Source: Chiloscyllium plagiosum
Taxonomy: Eukaryota
Assembly (NCBI RefSeq): GCF_004010195.1
Contig: NC_057718.1
Coordinates: 20,604,223 to 20,668,222, forward strand
Direction: 5' to 3'
Length of the DNA stretch: 64,000 nucleotides
Position 1 is the stretch's first letter, and each line of letters starts with the position of its first letter. A model generated the notes under the pieces. That model ran no database searches, was not told the origin of the DNA, and was given only the letters and a program-made list of their open reading frames with translations. Below, in pieces: positions 48,571 to 61,970 of the stretch. The translations under genes were made by a program, and so were the position numbers.

Positions 48571-51475
48571 TGGGCTGCCTCAATGTCTCATGCAATTCTG
48601 CCAAATTTCTCACCATAGCCCATATAGTTCAAGGCCTTATAAGATTGCCCTCACTACGTTTCATAGTCAGGGATTATTTAGAGAATATGATGTGATAAAC
48701 CATCAGAACACATGCAGTGTGAACTGTTACGTATGATCATATCTGCAGATGCCAATTAATACTGTACCAGCTGCAGTCTGTAGTTACAAATTCTAGCAAT
48801 CTTTTTATCATTTGTTGTAGCAGTTCATGATATTTTAATGATCTATGTACATGAGCTCTCTGTTCTCTTTGGCCCTCCACTGTTTCTGGCTTTTCACCAT
48901 TTAAAAGCAATCCTGTTAATTTCTTCTCAGGTCCAAATAGATGACCTTACATTTACCTACAATGATTCCATTTGCTACAATTTTGCTCAATACTTAATCT
49001 ATCAACACCTATTTGTAATTTTATGTATCAACACTGACTCTGATGTCAGCTCCGGTTCAAATGGTTAAACTCTTGCATTTGTTCAGGAAGGTTGTGGACT
49101 CCGATACTTCAATTATGGTGGTGGCAGTGGCAAGGTGGGTCCAGTGGTGAGTGATGACACTGGAGCGTGGTGACTTTGACGTTGGTGAGTCTGGTGCAGG
49201 CGGCAGCAAGGCAGGGGTGAAGTCATGGCGACACTGCAGCATTGGTGGGTACAGTGCAAGTGGCCTTGCCGAGCCCAGTTCAAGACTCATGCTGCAGTGG
49301 CGAGGGTTAGCTGGGCCTTTTCTTTTCCTTTTGTTTCTGTTTCTTTAACTTCTGCTCTTGTTTTTAATTTTAACTATGCTCCTTAAAATCCCACCTTACC
49401 TTTTTTGCAATCTTGGATACACATGCCTTTCTATGTTATCACATATACCATAGAAAAAATTTGTTGATTATGTTAGGCCTCAACACAGATCTACTGATTG
49501 CCACTAATCTCACTTTGTCAGTCACCACATATAATTCCCAACCTTTATCTCCTGCTGCTCAGTCAACTTTCTAACCAGCTCAGTAACTTTTCTTTGTTTC
49601 CTCATCCTCAACTTGAACTTATGAAGGATAATTTATCTGACATCTACATCTTGCTGGTGGCTTTGGTAATGAGGCCTCAATGTGGACTGGGCATACTGCT
49701 AGCAGCATATATGGCCAGTCAGCATACTTACAGCCAGAAGATGGTTAAAATTCACCCAGAACATGATTAAAACTCACCTCTATCGTCACTGCCCTCACTC
49801 AACCAATATGTGACATGTGGCACATGTTATTTCTGTGGACCACCTATTTTTCAGAATTTATGTTTTATAGAATTGAAATGAACTTTCAAAAATGTTATTT
49901 TAATTTGTTTTATTCCAGAAACAGATTATGCTTGTGCTGCTGCTGCAAATTATTCTTTTCCAATTTATATGGGCAGTCTTAGTGAGTGAAGCAGAGTGGA
50001 ACTGTATACATACAACATATCACTAAAGTCACTGACAAATAGTGCCTGAATAAGTTAAGATTTATTTTCAAGGTGATTAGTAATTGGAGTGATTGTAAGC
50101 CTCTTGAACTGTGATTTGTTATCAGGTCCATCAATACGAAATATGAATGAATCAGACATAAAAGAACATGTGTGTGTAAGCCTTTTATATTTTTAAAATG
50201 GATTACTTATGTATGTATGTAATTTATGTAAACATACATTCTTTATACATTTGGATATATCTTTCTAATTCAGTAAAATGATGGAATAATTACATTTTAC
50301 TTTTCATTTAGCACAGAAAGAGAGAGGCTTGTATATACATTGAGTTTTAAAATTATCTTTAAAGTATATACAGTATAAAGTTAGATCATGGGAAATGGAT
50401 GTCCCTGTATTGTTGTGGTCACACTCTGTTTAGAAAAAAAATCTGTTGTTTGGCTTTAGGAGGTTGCATGTTAACCCCAGTGTTGTACTTAGCAAAACAC
50501 ACACAACAAAGGGCAGCGTGAAGACTCATTTCTAAATAATAGAGTCATTCTTCCTGCGGAACGTGGCCACAAAGCACTATTTCTCTGTTTCTAACCACAT
50601 AGATATATATAAGTTTGTGAGTACTGTATATCTGTTTCTGATCCTTCCCCTTGCATGAAGTACGTATCGACAAATCCATTGTACCTGAACTTAAAAAGAA
50701 ATACATTAGACAAGACTTTGGGCTATCTTCCACTCTGGAAATTGGAGCTGCTTTTGTATTGTATTCCACAATTGGTTCACCATATGCAGCATTGCTGGAG
50801 AAAGGACCCTGCAGATGGAGCATTGTGTTTTTATCTCAGGCTTTGGCGGCGGGCAGTCTGTGCCACGTAAACTGATCTGCACCATAGTTTAGGTCAGGGA
50901 ACAGGGGACCTCCCTCTCCTTACACCTGAAAGCAATCCCCTTTGCCTGCTGAACAAAGTTTTACCTGTGCAGACAAGGCTTGCTTATCTATTATCTCAGG
51001 CACATTGTGTATCATTGCCCTGTAATGTAGCAGCCTGCTTTTCAGGAAACAAGGTCATGGGATAGCAGCAGATGCGCATAGCTGATTAAACATTGCATTA
51101 CAGCAAAGTACCCAAGTACTCTGTCTGCATGCCTGCTTGATTTGCTCCATACTGTTTCAATTACAGAGACTCCCTGCACAAACTGTAAAAAAAGTCAGTT
51201 ACAGCAGTACACAAACAGCCTGTTTTTTAAAAGTGAAATATTATTAAACATTTTGGTAAGTAATTTTTGATTTCCTACCTTCGAAACATGGGTCTGGTTC
51301 AGTCATTTAAAGTAGGGTGTTATTGAATGATCACAATGAGTTTTCTATATAAACTTGGATCCTCTGAAAGCCAGGCCAAAAATGTCTGTGTGTATGTTTA
51401 ATCTGAAATACACATGAATTGGAAGGTGAAAATTTCTGCTAATTTTATATGTCCAACTTGAGAACATATAGCATG

Positions 51476-51548
51476 AAAATAGAAATTGCTGGAGGAACTC
51501 AGCAGGTCTGGCAGCATCTGTGGAGAGAGAAATAAAATTAATGTTTCA
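51476..51548 (-). mobile_element. Single pLTR arm
   Basis: GAAATTGCTGGAGGAACTCAGCAGGTCTGGCAGCATCTGTGGAGAG is the reverse complement of 17485-17530. Confidence 0.75.
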
Positions 51549-52147
51549 AACATTTCAAATCCAATACAACTTTCTCTAAGCTTGTTTTGTTTTGCGAGTG
51601 TATGGTACCAGCCTGAGTTTGCGAGTATTTCAACTTTCCCTCACTCCCACCTTGGAAATGTTTTCTTTAACACAGCTGACACCTACAACTCCCTGATATG
51701 ACATACTATACATTTGTCCCAGTGCTGCTTGCAGGATCTGACTGTGCTCAAATGTTGACAGATTTTCAGTGATGAATTGTACACCTAGCATTTTGAGATG
51801 TCTTGAGTTGACACTTTATGAATGCATATCATAAATTCTATAATCTCCTTATGTTATATCTCATTTCCAACCTGGTAATGGAACTTGACATGGGAATCAA
51901 TTTTATCCCAAAGAAATGGTAGTCATGTGAAGACAAGCAGAACAGTCAGACATTTTATAACAAAATATGAGTATCAGAAATACTCAAGCCCGATTGAAAC
52001 TATTAAAATTATAATATTTGTAGAAAGGCAGCACTAGACTCAGTTCTAAGTGTCCAAATGAAAGTTGTGTAAAGCTGCCACTTTAGTTCAATCACACTTA
52101 GCAACAGTACAAAACTAAATCTTATTATTGGTTCATCCAAAGTTAAG

Positions 52148-52378
52148 GTGCAAGACCAGTGTTGTTTATCCTGGCCTCTAGAGCCACTCTCTATCTATCC
52201 CATTTACCAGTACTTTGGATTTCAATGAACTCTCTGGAGGGAAAATTAAATTATTTTATAGCATGACAGTTTGAGTAGCCCCTGTATCTCTTTTAGAATA
52301 GTTATGAGCTTGGATGCTTCCTTTGACTTTGAACAAAAAGTGCAAGACCAGTGTTATTTATCCTGGCCTCTAGAGCCA
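52148..52378. repeat. 39-bp direct repeat flanking a ~153-bp copy of 55871-56021
   Basis: Repeats at 52148-52186 and 52340-52378 (1 mismatch); the insert matches the protease-region DNA of the downstream LTR relic. Confidence 0.92.
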
Positions 52379-52451
52379 ATCACAAATAAAATATTGTGTA
52401 ACAAACAGCTGATTTTCCAAAGATGTACAGATTATGTAGATTGCCCAGGCT

Positions 52452-52618
52452 AAATTGCCCTTAGTGTCCATCGATGTGTAAGCTAAGTGGATTAGCCATG
52501 GGAAATGCTGGGTTATGAGGATAGGTTAAGGGCTGGATCTGGGTGGGATGCTCTTCAGAAAGCCATTGCAGGCTTGATGGGCCAAATGGCCTCCTTCCAC
52601 ACTGTAATGATTCTATAA
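52452..52618 (+). mobile_element. HE1 SINE 3' half
   Basis: TAAATTGCCCTTAGTG..GGATTAGCCATGGGAAATG..GGGCCAAATGGCCT. Confidence 0.75.
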
Positions 52619-52833
52619 TCTTATGATCTGATATCAAAAAACATGAAATACTTTCCATTTGCACAGGTAAAGTGACCATATAGCAATGTTGTACGTAAGG
52701 TGGATAATCCTCTCACTTGTGAGAGGACAAGAGATAAGTAGATCAAAATTAAGATCATCACTCTAAACAAAGGCTAGTAACTAGCTCTGCTGTACATCGT
52801 ACAACAACAATATACCACAATACTGCTCCAAAG

Positions 52834-52950
52834 TGGGGTTCTTGTGGAGCAGTGGCAGTGTCCCTACCTTTGAGCTAGAGAACCTGGTTCTAGTCCTACC
52901 TACTTTGGAGGGGTGTCACAGTAGCTCTGAACAGGTTAGTTAAAAATATT
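52834..52950 (+). mobile_element. Short tRNA-derived SINE (family C)
   Basis: A box TGGAGCAGTGG, B box GGTTCTAGTCC. Confidence 0.6.
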
Positions 52951-54164
52951 TATAAACTCTGAAATAGATCAATAGGACCTACTATGGACTGAATCAGAGG
53001 ATTTTGAGCCCGGTTGGATTCAATATTTTTGAACCCTCAGATATAAACTTTCCAGAAATCAAACAACTCAAATTACTAATCTAATATCCTGTGATAAGCA
53101 TTTGCTCCCTTTATTATTAAATTACTTTGAAGCACTATTTAATCCCCAAGTTCAGTTTTACAAAACTGGCAAAACAACTAATCTTCTCAAATGATTGATA
53201 TTGGTGTTTTATTCGTTTGAGAACAAGGCAGGTCACACGAACCAAGCTTAACTTACAGTGCTGGATCAAGACATTCTCTGGCCAAAGAAAATGGAGTCTA
53301 CATATGTGAGCTCTAATAATAACTCTTGGCCATCAACTTTCACCACAAAATATAAATGTATAAATGCTTAGGGCATTCATCTGTACTTTATCTCTGCTAT
53401 TTTCAAATAGCTGTCAAATTATTCAAAAAGGTTGACCCTGCGCTATGTAAATGGATGGAGAAATTTTAGACAAACACACAAGAATTTACATGTTGCTTCC
53501 CATTGCTTTATGTTGCAGCCTGGGAAAATGAACTTTATTTATGTGGTCAATTTTTGTTTGCACCAATGACAGTTACACTGTAACCAGCTTGAAAGTAAAG
53601 TGGTGAGACTTTAAAGGTGGTGCGACTGTTAAAGGCACTTTAGCTATAGAGGGGCTGGAAACTGAAAATAAATCTCTTGGGCTGTATCATCTGATATGTA
53701 ATGAGCATTGTATATATTGACTGCAATTGTAAACGTAGTGGGTAACATATAGTATTGAAAGAAACTAATTTGTTTTATATTTTATGTTCTATTAGCTTTG
53801 AATTATCATGAAATGTACTTTTAGAAATTTTACAAATAAAGTATATTCGAGAAATAAAGCAACTTGTGTAGTAGAGATGACTGAAAAGATGTTTTGATTT
53901 TCCAATCATTTACTAATAAGGCATGCACAAGAGGAAGCTTGGTGCCTGAAGATAGGGTTTTGGTTTGGCTGAACTAGCTCTATAGCATCTACATCCCATA
54001 TGTTTATGTGGCATTATGTTACAAACAGAGCTTTAAAAGTATTAGCTGATGGAAGTATCTGGAACAGTGTTCATGACAGCCAGTTATCGACTTGAATGCT
54101 TCAAAATCAAACCACACCAGATCATCATATGATTGTTACTATAATTGTCACAGCGACAACTCGC

Positions 54165-55395
54165 AGCACAGAGATGTTTACAGCATGGCAGGAGGTCATT
54201 CAACTCATCGTGTCCAACACAGGTCCAACACAGATCTGACTACACTAATCCCACTTCTCAACTCCTGGCCTATGGACCTGGAGACCATGGAAACCCAAGG
54301 GAATATCTAAATACTGCTTAAATTTACGTGTTTCTGACTCAATCACCCTTTCAGGCTGTGAATTCCAGACTCCCATCATCCTCTGGGTGGAATAACTCTC
54401 CTCTTAGCCTTCTAGCTCTTACCACAAATGTATACTGTCTGGCTGTTACATCCTCTATGAGTGCAAAAAGCATCTTCTTGTCAACCCTATTTATGCTCTG
54501 TATAATCTTATACACCTCTATCAGGTCTCTTCTAAACCGTTGTTGCTCCAAATAAAATAATACCAACCTATCCAGTATTTTCCTCATAGCTCAGAAACTC
54601 CAGCCCAGGCAGTATCTTGGTAAATCTTCTCTGCACACTCTCTCTAGTGCAGTTATACCCTTTCCCAGAATGTGGTGACCAGAACTGCATGCAGACCTCC
54701 AGTTGGGGCCTAACCAGCATTTTACTCAGTTTCAGTGCAACCTCCCTGTTCTTGTATTCTATGCCTCAGCCATTAAAGGCCAGTACCCCATATGCCTTAT
54801 TTTCCAGCTTTTCTATCTGCCCTAACCAAAAAATCCAAAGAACTGCAGATGCTGGAAATCAGAAACAAAAACAGAAATTGCTTCAGAACAGTTCTGAAGA
54901 AGGGTCACTTCACCCACAATGTTAACTCTGCTTTCTCTCAACAGATGTTGCCAGACGTGTTGAGTTTTTCCAGTGCTTTCTGCTTCTGTATCTATCTGCC
55001 CTGCTACCGTCAGAGATCTGTAAATATCTACATCAAGGTCCCTCTGATCTTCAGTACCATTCAGGGTCCTACTACTCATGGTGAAGTCCCTTAACTTGCT
55101 AGCCCTCCCCAAGTAATTGCTTTACACTTTATTGGGTTAAATTCTATTTGCTACATTTCTGCTCAGCTGACTAGTCAGTTGTTATTCTCCTGCAGTTTAT
55201 GGCTATCCTCCTCACGTTTTACCATCCTACCAAATTTTGTGTTAACCACAAACTTCTTGATCACATTTCTTACAGATAAGACTAAATCATTAAAGTACAT
55301 CAGAAACAGCAAGGGCACCAGCACTGAGCCCTGTGAAACCCCACTGGATATACACTTCCAGCCATAAAAACATCCTTCGTCCATTACTCTCTGCT
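54165..55395 (-). mobile_element. CR1 LINE RT-to-3' fragment
   Basis: SSGVSQGSVLVPLLFLMYFNDL (55175..55399) and EQQRFRRDLIEVYKI (54351..54587). Confidence 0.9.
54824..54990 (-). mobile_element. Fold-back pLTR micro-element with 12-bp TSD, nested in CR1
   Basis: TCTATCTGCCCT at 54812-54823 and 54991-55002; central TTCAGAAC-A-GTTCTGAA; decayed CTGAAGAAGGGT..ACCC core. Confidence 0.85.
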
Positions 55396-58300
55396 TCATC
55401 CGCAGATCTGTGAGGATGTCTCCACTTCCTCATCAAACTCCATTTGAATATAATAATACTCAGGAACCCCTTCAGTCTCAGTTTCATGTCGGCAGTCTGT
55501 GCTAATTTACTTAAATCTGGATCTGCTCCCTCAGCATCAGGTAACAAAATGCCTAATACCTCTTTTGAATTATCATCTTTCTTAAGTAGAGTTTCAGCTA
55601 TTTCTCCTTGTAGCATTAATGTGACTCTGTTGATGGATTTTGTTTAGCCATTGCTCTAGTCACCACATATAATGGAAAATTACCTGGGACTTGTTCCTGC
55701 AATTGTTCCGTCTCTGGGGTCCCATTGAACTTTCTGGTGAAACTATGATTTTTACTCCTGACAAATCATTCCCAGAAGAAAATCGATTCTTTTCATAGGT
55801 AATTTCTAAACTAAATAACTACCACTACCAACAACAAGTCACACTCCAATTGGATTTTACACTTGCAATACACTCTCCATCTATCCCATTTACCAATACC
55901 TTAGATTTCAATGAAATCTCTGGAGGGAAAGTTAAATTATTCTATAGCATGACAGTTTGAGTAGCCCCTGTGTCTCTTTAGAATAGTTATGAGCTTGGAT
56001 GCTTCCTTCGAACAAAAAGTGGTTATCTTCCCTTTAGATAAAACCTTCCAATCTCTAAACTTCCCTATATATTTCTTTTGCACTCAAAGTGGTATCTACT
56101 TCTGGTCTCTTAATTGTAGTTAAAGATACAAAATAATCCGTGGCATTTTCCTTTTGAGTTTCCATTTTGGACTCATTTTTATGAGCTCCAATAAATTCTC
56201 TGTGTCTTCCTTTCAACTTTCAACATTCCAAACAAATCTGTCCCACCCTGTTACAATGGAAACACCTAGGCTTCTGATTTTCACATCCATTCTCAGGACT
56301 TTCCTTCTTGATCTGAAGAGGAGAGCTGAGGTATTCCCAGCTATCCATTCCTTACCGTGGCTACTTGACTTCCTTTCACTTTCTCATTGTCTATCCCTTT
56401 CGAATTTATACTTAGTTTATGGATTAACTTATGACTTTCAGCCATAATTGCTGTCTTTCTACCCTGTGGTCCTTAACATGAGTTCTTGTTATGGAAGGTA
56501 GTGCATTTTTAAATTATTTCAAGAGAACAACTTTTCTGAGAGCTTTATACATGGTTTCACCCCCTAATGCTCTTGTTCAAAATTATTAATGCTTCCAAAT
56601 TCAATGTAGTTTTGCTCAGGGTGCTCTGTTAAGTTCTGGAATTCTTTGCCTATATGTCTCAGGCACTAATTTATATGCAGCTATAGTAGTTTTTTGCATC
56701 AAAATCTTGAGAAACCTCTTTGACAGTGAAGTATAAATTTCCTGCACTTGACCTTTCAACTTACTGTTGAAAGCAGTAACTTACAAAAAAGCAGTCCTTT
56801 TTTTAACCTAGCCTTTCAACAGATGACATGAAGAATGTCTGTACATTCTTTTCCTCAAATATTGGTGGATGTCATGCAAACTTAAACATTTCCTCACTGG
56901 GCTTCAACTTCTGACCAGATTCTCCTCACTAGTCTGATGTTTCAAATGCACATTTTAAGCTTATACTTGTATTTTCTCACTTTATCTTTCTCGTGTGCTT
57001 CTAATTCTGTTTTATTCTCATTTCCATTTGCATGTCTTTTCATTTCCATAACCATCTCCCTTTTCTTATCTTCTTTTGCCCTTTGTAATTCCATCTGCAG
57101 CCTTTTCATTCTTTCAGGTTCTGATTGCCTTAAGTGTAACTGGATATCACCTAATTCCAATATTTCTCTATTTGGAATACTCGGCCTCTTTTGTATTTCC
57201 TCTAAACCCAAGTGCCATACTAGTACCTCAACTATCTCTGCCTCCTTAGTTCTGTCGGTCAATGCTACCACTAAGTCAATCAACCTTAGTTAAGTTTTTT
57301 TTAAGGCTGCCAGTAACAACTCTGCCATCTGCAGGAAATACTTTACTCTTTCCAGTGCTATGCCTTAAATGCAGTGCAGACCTTTTTGTTTAACTTCACC
57401 TGCATTATTTACCAAGTCACACCCGAATCCTTGTTACCTCCATTTCCATACCAATACCAGCCAAGAGCCCCCAGATTTTGTTGTGACTCACTGAGATAGC
57501 ATGCTTTAAATGGAGCTGCACTATTCCAAGAGTCGTAATAAATGTTAAAGTCTTGGTAGAATACGCACTGAATCCCAGTTTACCTGATATTCAGATGAAG
57601 TTGATAGAAAGCACAGACCAGGTTTCTATACTAACCAAGAATGATAATTTATTATAAGTAATTAGGGCATAGCTACAGGTAAACAGAGATCATAGCATGT
57701 AACACTACTAACTAAAACTCTAATTTCCTTTTAAACTCTACTTTTCTCACATACACACAAGCACATACACACAAACAAATCAGCAAAATAGATTGTTGGT
57801 AGAGGTAGAAAAGCTGGGAAATTAGTTCAGTGGCCTGTACTTCCTAGTTCCAATGTTGAGATGATCCTTCTCCCGCTGGCTAGATCTCTTGTTGTTCAGA
57901 TATCTCATTCTGCAAGTCTCTATTAGCTTGTAAGAAGAGTGACTGTTCACTTGGAAAATAACTTTAATTTATCAAATAAAAAGTCACAGCTTACAGCTAC
58001 TGATGCAGTATAAGTAGTTAGTTTTCTTCAGCTTAAACTGAGTTTTTGACTTTAAAGAATAGGCAGCTTCAAGGCAGGGAGAAGATCTGCACATTTCTTT
58101 TTCTCTCTCTCTATGTTTCTATAACTTGTATCCAGCATCAAGCTGCTTAGCCACCTGAGAACCAATCACACAGCTGTAGGCAAGTAAAAGTGATCATTGA
58201 TAACTGTCACTAGTCCACAGGCCAATTAATTTTTTGTTGCTAGCAAAAGCTGCATCAGTACAAACCCTTAGCTACAGATTATCTGCCATCTGAACAGCTA

Positions 58301-58438
58301 TTGCCTGTTCAGACAGTTGTTTAAAATATCTGCCGTGTGTTTCAGGTTACTTGCTTTCAAAATTAGCTTTTAAAACATTTCTCCTCATTTCTGTCCTCAG
58401 TTTTAAAAACACAAAAGTAAAGAGATGTGGTCCTTACA
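55395..58438 (-). mobile_element. Second Gmr1-type LTR retrotransposon relic (5' LTR, gag, protease, start of the integrase region)
   Basis: PBS-like TGGGGGCTC next to TG at 57479; gag coiled coil 56942..57283, PIFEEKNVQTFF, RDTGATQT protease motif (~55955-55980), YVVTRAMAK, LMRKWRHP; the far LTR end is uncertain. Confidence 0.8.
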
Positions 58439-58639
58439 TAACTAAATAGAATGTGGACCCTTGTTTTTGTTTTACCAGTATTCTTACTTCAGTTTAGACT
58501 AGAAAACAACTTATTCTTGTTTAGGCCTTTAGCTAATGTTGTCTTTCTAAGCAAGATAGTTAATAAAACAAGGATCCAATCACAATAAGAGGTAAGATTT
58601 AATCGTTTGCTTTCACCAATCCCCATTTCCCAGGTTAGT

Positions 58640-58985
58640 GTGCCTACACTGGAAAAATTCACCAAAGATCCTTAGACAGCACCTTCCAAGTCCACAGCTA
58701 CTTTCCATGGAGGTACAAGGGCAGCAGATACATGGGAACACCACCACCTGCAAATTCTCTTCCAAGCCATTCACCATCCTGACTTGGAAACATTGCCATT
58801 CCTTCACTGTTGCTGGGTCAAAATCCTGGAATTCCCTCCCTAAGGGCGTTATGGGTCAACCTACAGTGTGTGGACTGCAGCAATTCAATAACGCAGCTCA
58901 CCACCATCTTCTCAGTGGCAACGAGGAATGAGCAATAAAATGCTGGCCAGCCAGCGATGTCCATATCCCATGAGTGAATTATTAA
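58640..58985 (+). mobile_element. CR1/L2-group LINE 3' end
   Basis: GSKSWNSLP..FNNAAHHHLL C-terminus and GCAATAAAATGCTGGCC..CCCATGAGTGAAT tail. Confidence 0.8.
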
Positions 58986-60397
58986 AAAGAGAAACGGGGT
59001 TAATATTTGAGGTTGATGATAGGGTGCAAGACGAAAAGAGAATGTTGCATTATCGGGAGGAAATAAGAAAAAGATGCTTATAGCAAAGATGCGAATGGGA
59101 ATAGCAGAATGTCACCAATAGTTGTTTTCAATGATCTGAAATTATTGAAAGCAATATCAATTCCAGAAGGCTATGACTTCACCTGCCTAATGTGATACTT
59201 GGAATTAAGTTGAACTGAACAGAGTGGAAACTGAACTTACTTATATGGAATTTTGCCTTCAAATTAGATTCTTAGATTGTTTAAACATTTATTATTCACT
59301 TCCTTCTTCATAATAGAACAGAGGGATCACTCATGCTTCATTGTTTATACCAAATACACAGTCATCCAGGGATCATTTCTCAAATGGCACAGTAGTTTGA
59401 AAGTCCAGTCCATTGTTGCTGAAATCTTGTCATGTTCCTTTACTTTAAAAGTCTTCACTTAATAGTTTGCATTCTGCTTACAGATAAATCCAGAGTTGTT
59501 ATGGCTCAGTCCTGTCTATGTATTTTCTTGATTGAAGACACTCACTTGCAAAACATATCAGATAGTCATTCATCAGTCAACCCTATTCTTAAATTGACAG
59601 GATTTGATTAGAAGGTGTTCAAAAAATATCAAAAAGACATAAGGGATCAAAGTCTCTCATGCTCTGCCTGTATCAAATTAGTACTCCGTTAAACTTTTTT
59701 GATCTTCTATAGCTCAACCAATTATCACATATTAGTTTGAGATATTCAAGCATTATCAGTTCCAGTCCCAAGCTCAGAGACAGATGCAAATATTCAGCCA
59801 GAAGCACTGTAGCATTACATTATTCAAGCCCTCAAAATCGTTCCATTAGATGTCATTTACATTCTTGCCCCAGAGGAAAGCTGATCCCTTCAACAAACTG
59901 ATAGTTTCATTTGACCAAACAATCTATTGAATGAGACTCTAAACTTCTTTCTCTGGTTTTAGCCAATGACAGTTAAAGTCAGGATCTCTAGATTTGCATC
60001 ATTCAACTCCTTAGTAAAGCCACTCCACTGATTTTATTCATGTTTTTGCCTCAAAGGAAAACAAATCCCTTCAACAAATGGTTCTTTTTATTTGACCAGT
60101 TTGTTGAATAACACTAAGGTTAATTTCTCTGTTGCTCCCTTCCTATTGTGGCTTTAGCCAGTGACAATTCATAATTGGGCAACATTTTATAAATGAAGTG
60201 TATAGCCATTAGTGTAATTCAATCTTCATTTTTGCTCTGGAACAAAATGGTCAAAACTAACAGCCAAAGGCAAATAAACAATAGTGAGCTCTGAACATAA
60301 GTCATATAAGACTTGAACAGTTAACATTTTTTCTCACTCTACACCTCTTCAGTTTCTCCAGTACCTTCTGTTTTTATTTCAGCTCACCACCTTTGTG

Positions 60398-60747
60398 GAG
60401 GCTAAGACCTGGCAATATTATAACTAGACTATTAATCCAGAGACCCAGATAATATTCTGGGGACACGAGTTCAAATTCCACCATGGCAGAGGGTAGAATT
60501 TGACTCGATAAAAAGAAAATTGTAGTTCAATGAAAAATGGAATCATGCGTTCAATGATGACCATGAAATTGTTGTTGATTGTTGGTAAAACCTGTCTTCA
60601 GTAATGAAAAAACATTCTCACCTGGTCTAGCCTACATGAGACTCCCAGATCCACAACAATGTGCTTGACCCTTAACTGCTCTTTCACAATTAGGGATGGG
60701 CAATAAATGCTGATCTGGCCAGTGACACCCTCATCTCATGAATGAAC
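60398..60747 (+). mobile_element. tRNA-derived SINE (family B), near full length
   Basis: B box GAGTTCAAATTCC; tail ATTAGGGATGGGCAATAAATGCTG..CATGAATGAA. Confidence 0.8.
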
Positions 60748-61781
60748 TATCCTTAATACTTGGCTTTTATTGAACAGTAGTAGAACCTTATGTCTCAGAG
60801 CTACAATTAACAGACAGCACTTTTAAAAGTTATATTTCCCAGGTCAGCCAAGGAACACAAAGTGCTTGATTTTTAATTGTTGACATTGATTAAAAGCTGT
60901 ACTGAGCAAATTGTAGAGGGGCGGATAGTTAGACATTGAAAGACTAATGTTGATTACAGCTGGAAGCTGAAATGATTGATGGCAGTAATGTAAATGGAAT
61001 TACAACACGGAATAAAAACAAGAGGATATAGTTCCAGATTGCAAGTGGGCTGTATACTTGCTAAGCTGATCAATGTCATTATGGGTCAATCCCTTTTAAG
61101 CAGATGAAGTCAGAAAATAGTTCTTTTCCCATGTACGTTACCCTTTTGCAACAATATACTTGGGTAAATCTACGTATTTAAAACTTTCTGAAGTATTATT
61201 CTAACTTACCTGTTCAAGAACTGCAAGATGTTTCTTATTAACATGACACTTAATCAACTCTCAGGTGACAATCAAGTGTGACCTAGCATAATTGCTCTCC
61301 AGCACTGCAAATCCTCACTTCTGTTCCACACAGCCCTGAAAATCATGAGTGCAACTGCAATTTCATTATCATGTGGAAACTCAGTCATATCACAATAGAG
61401 GTAGTATCCCCAAATGTCATCACCAGATGAGCATTTTTAAAAAATCCTGCAATATTTTACTCAAATAATTTAAATGCCCAGGCAATATTGACATCATTAT
61501 ATTGGCTAAATGAATTGAAAGTGACGTGGTTTTATGGTAGAACTTACAGCCAATTTACAGCAGAGTCTACTTAAATAACCTGTTTACTCAGAGAATGGGA
61601 ATTATTTTAAAAAATTATGAATAGAACTCATAACCATGACTGTGCAAAAACGTCTGATCTCTCAATGGAAGCATGAAGATAGAATGCGTAGAGGATAGTT
61701 ACATAATACAAATTATCTGCTTAAAATTTTGTGGTGGCACTGTGTGCAGGCAATTATATATCAACCTGTGATGACAGATAA

Positions 61782-61970
61782 AACATCTGCAAATGCTGGA
61801 AATCAGCAACTTGAACTGGAGGCGCCAGAGAGAGTAAAAGGTTAACAGCTTCTGAGAGAGTAAAATGTTAACTTGTCAGGTGTTTTCTGATAAAAATCTA
61901 CATCTGAAACAAATGTTGCCTATCTTTCAAAAGCTGCCTGATATGTATTTCAGTATTTTCTAATTTTATT
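61782..61970. mobile_element. Highly decayed pLTR fold-back
   Basis: CTGCAAATGCTGGAAATC tail and GCTGCCTGA..TTTCAGTATTTTCT arm. Confidence 0.45.

Noticed and set aside
53690..53860. Possible Tx1/L1 3' tail ending AATAAAGTATATT
   Set aside because: AT-rich, no upstream coding remnant or TSD; resemblance only.
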